The position numbers and the translations under genes are program-made. Shown here one piece after another: positions 63,966 to 64,000 of a stretch of 64,000 bases of DNA. The stretch comes from Candidatus Omnitrophota bacterium (GTDB taxonomy: Bacteria > Omnitrophota > Omnitrophia > Omnitrophales > Aquincolibacteriaceae): positions 2,835-66,834 of the forward strand of contig JAUYMS010000034.1 of assembly GCA_030698625.1 (NCBI GenBank), in the 5' to 3' direction. Position 1 is the stretch's first letter. Each line of letters starts with the position of its first letter. The notes beneath the pieces are model-generated. The model had not been told where the DNA came from. It saw only the letters and a list, made by a program, of their open reading frames with translations, and did no database searches.

Positions 63966-64000
63966 AGCCGGGGTGTCATTGGCGAAAAGGTTCGTAATGA

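Noticed and set aside
1-64000. Mobile elements (transposase, integrase, IS inverted repeats), tRNA or rRNA genes
   Set aside because: No DDE/tyrosine-recombinase motifs were found in any frame. No cloverleaf-compatible tRNA-like segments or rRNA-like conserved stretches were seen. The intergenic regions are short and accounted for.

Overview
This 64 kb window is GC-rich (~60%) bacterial DNA in which every credible gene lies on the minus strand. The plus-strand ORFs in the track are antisense artefacts. Two giant genes dominate the window and both run off its edges.

Gene A (nt 1..13818) is a frame open for more than 4600 codons whose stop lies beyond the left edge. The ORF track misses it because it has no in-window stop, so I found it by manual translation. 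It encodes a secreted Rhs/teneurin/Tc-toxin-like mosaic. In order it contains: signal peptide; a JAB/MPN-like metal motif; concanavalin-like jelly-roll and LamG domains; near-identical Ig-like repeats; two CBM35-like modules; two YD/RHS-like repeat blocks flanking an FG-GAP beta-propeller; a coiled coil; a C39-like papain fold with Ser replacing the catalytic Cys; a ~330-aa Gly/Ala-rich hydrophobic glycine-zipper region; and a C-terminal domain that continues out of the window.

Gene B (nt 29814 to at least 64000) is a single uninterrupted ORF of 11,383 codons (34 kb). The frame is still open at the right edge, so the true start may be upstream. It is a mosaic membrane-anchored protein, and by motif reading I recognise these parts:
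- an N-terminal Ala/Thr/Asn-rich repeat array with ~90% identical nucleotide blocks 932 bp apart;
- two tandem CPBP/CAAX-protease(Abi)-like modules with complete EExxxR / FxxxH / HxxxN triads;
- three polytopic TM clusters, the largest ~950 aa;
- a SecA-like / SF2 ATPase core (RHF...AQGKTGT, VDEID, SRGTNF);
- a left-handed beta-helix/bactofilin-like hexapeptide block;
- an MH-clan (M42/M20/M28) zinc-aminopeptidase-like domain (GGHMDV, GADNRSGV, TVGEEIGLG);
- three HExxH motifs and kilobases of coiled coil.

Between the giants sits an ordinary chromosomal neighbourhood: two PEP-CTERM proteins (one apparently frameshifted); a lipoprotein / TPR-OM beta-barrel / FecR / CHASE2-PP2C sensor operon; recN; a LysM amidase; a bifunctional transaldolase-phosphoglucose isomerase; a histidine kinase-response regulator pair; an HTH-REC regulator; and cspA. 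I saw no rRNA, tRNA, CRISPR or transposase. The most novel item is gene B, a >11,000-aa protein combining a SecA-like motor, tandem intramembrane CPBP protease modules, an M42-like peptidase and multiple TM bundles. Giant Rhs-like gene A nearby has a glycine-zipper C-terminal payload.
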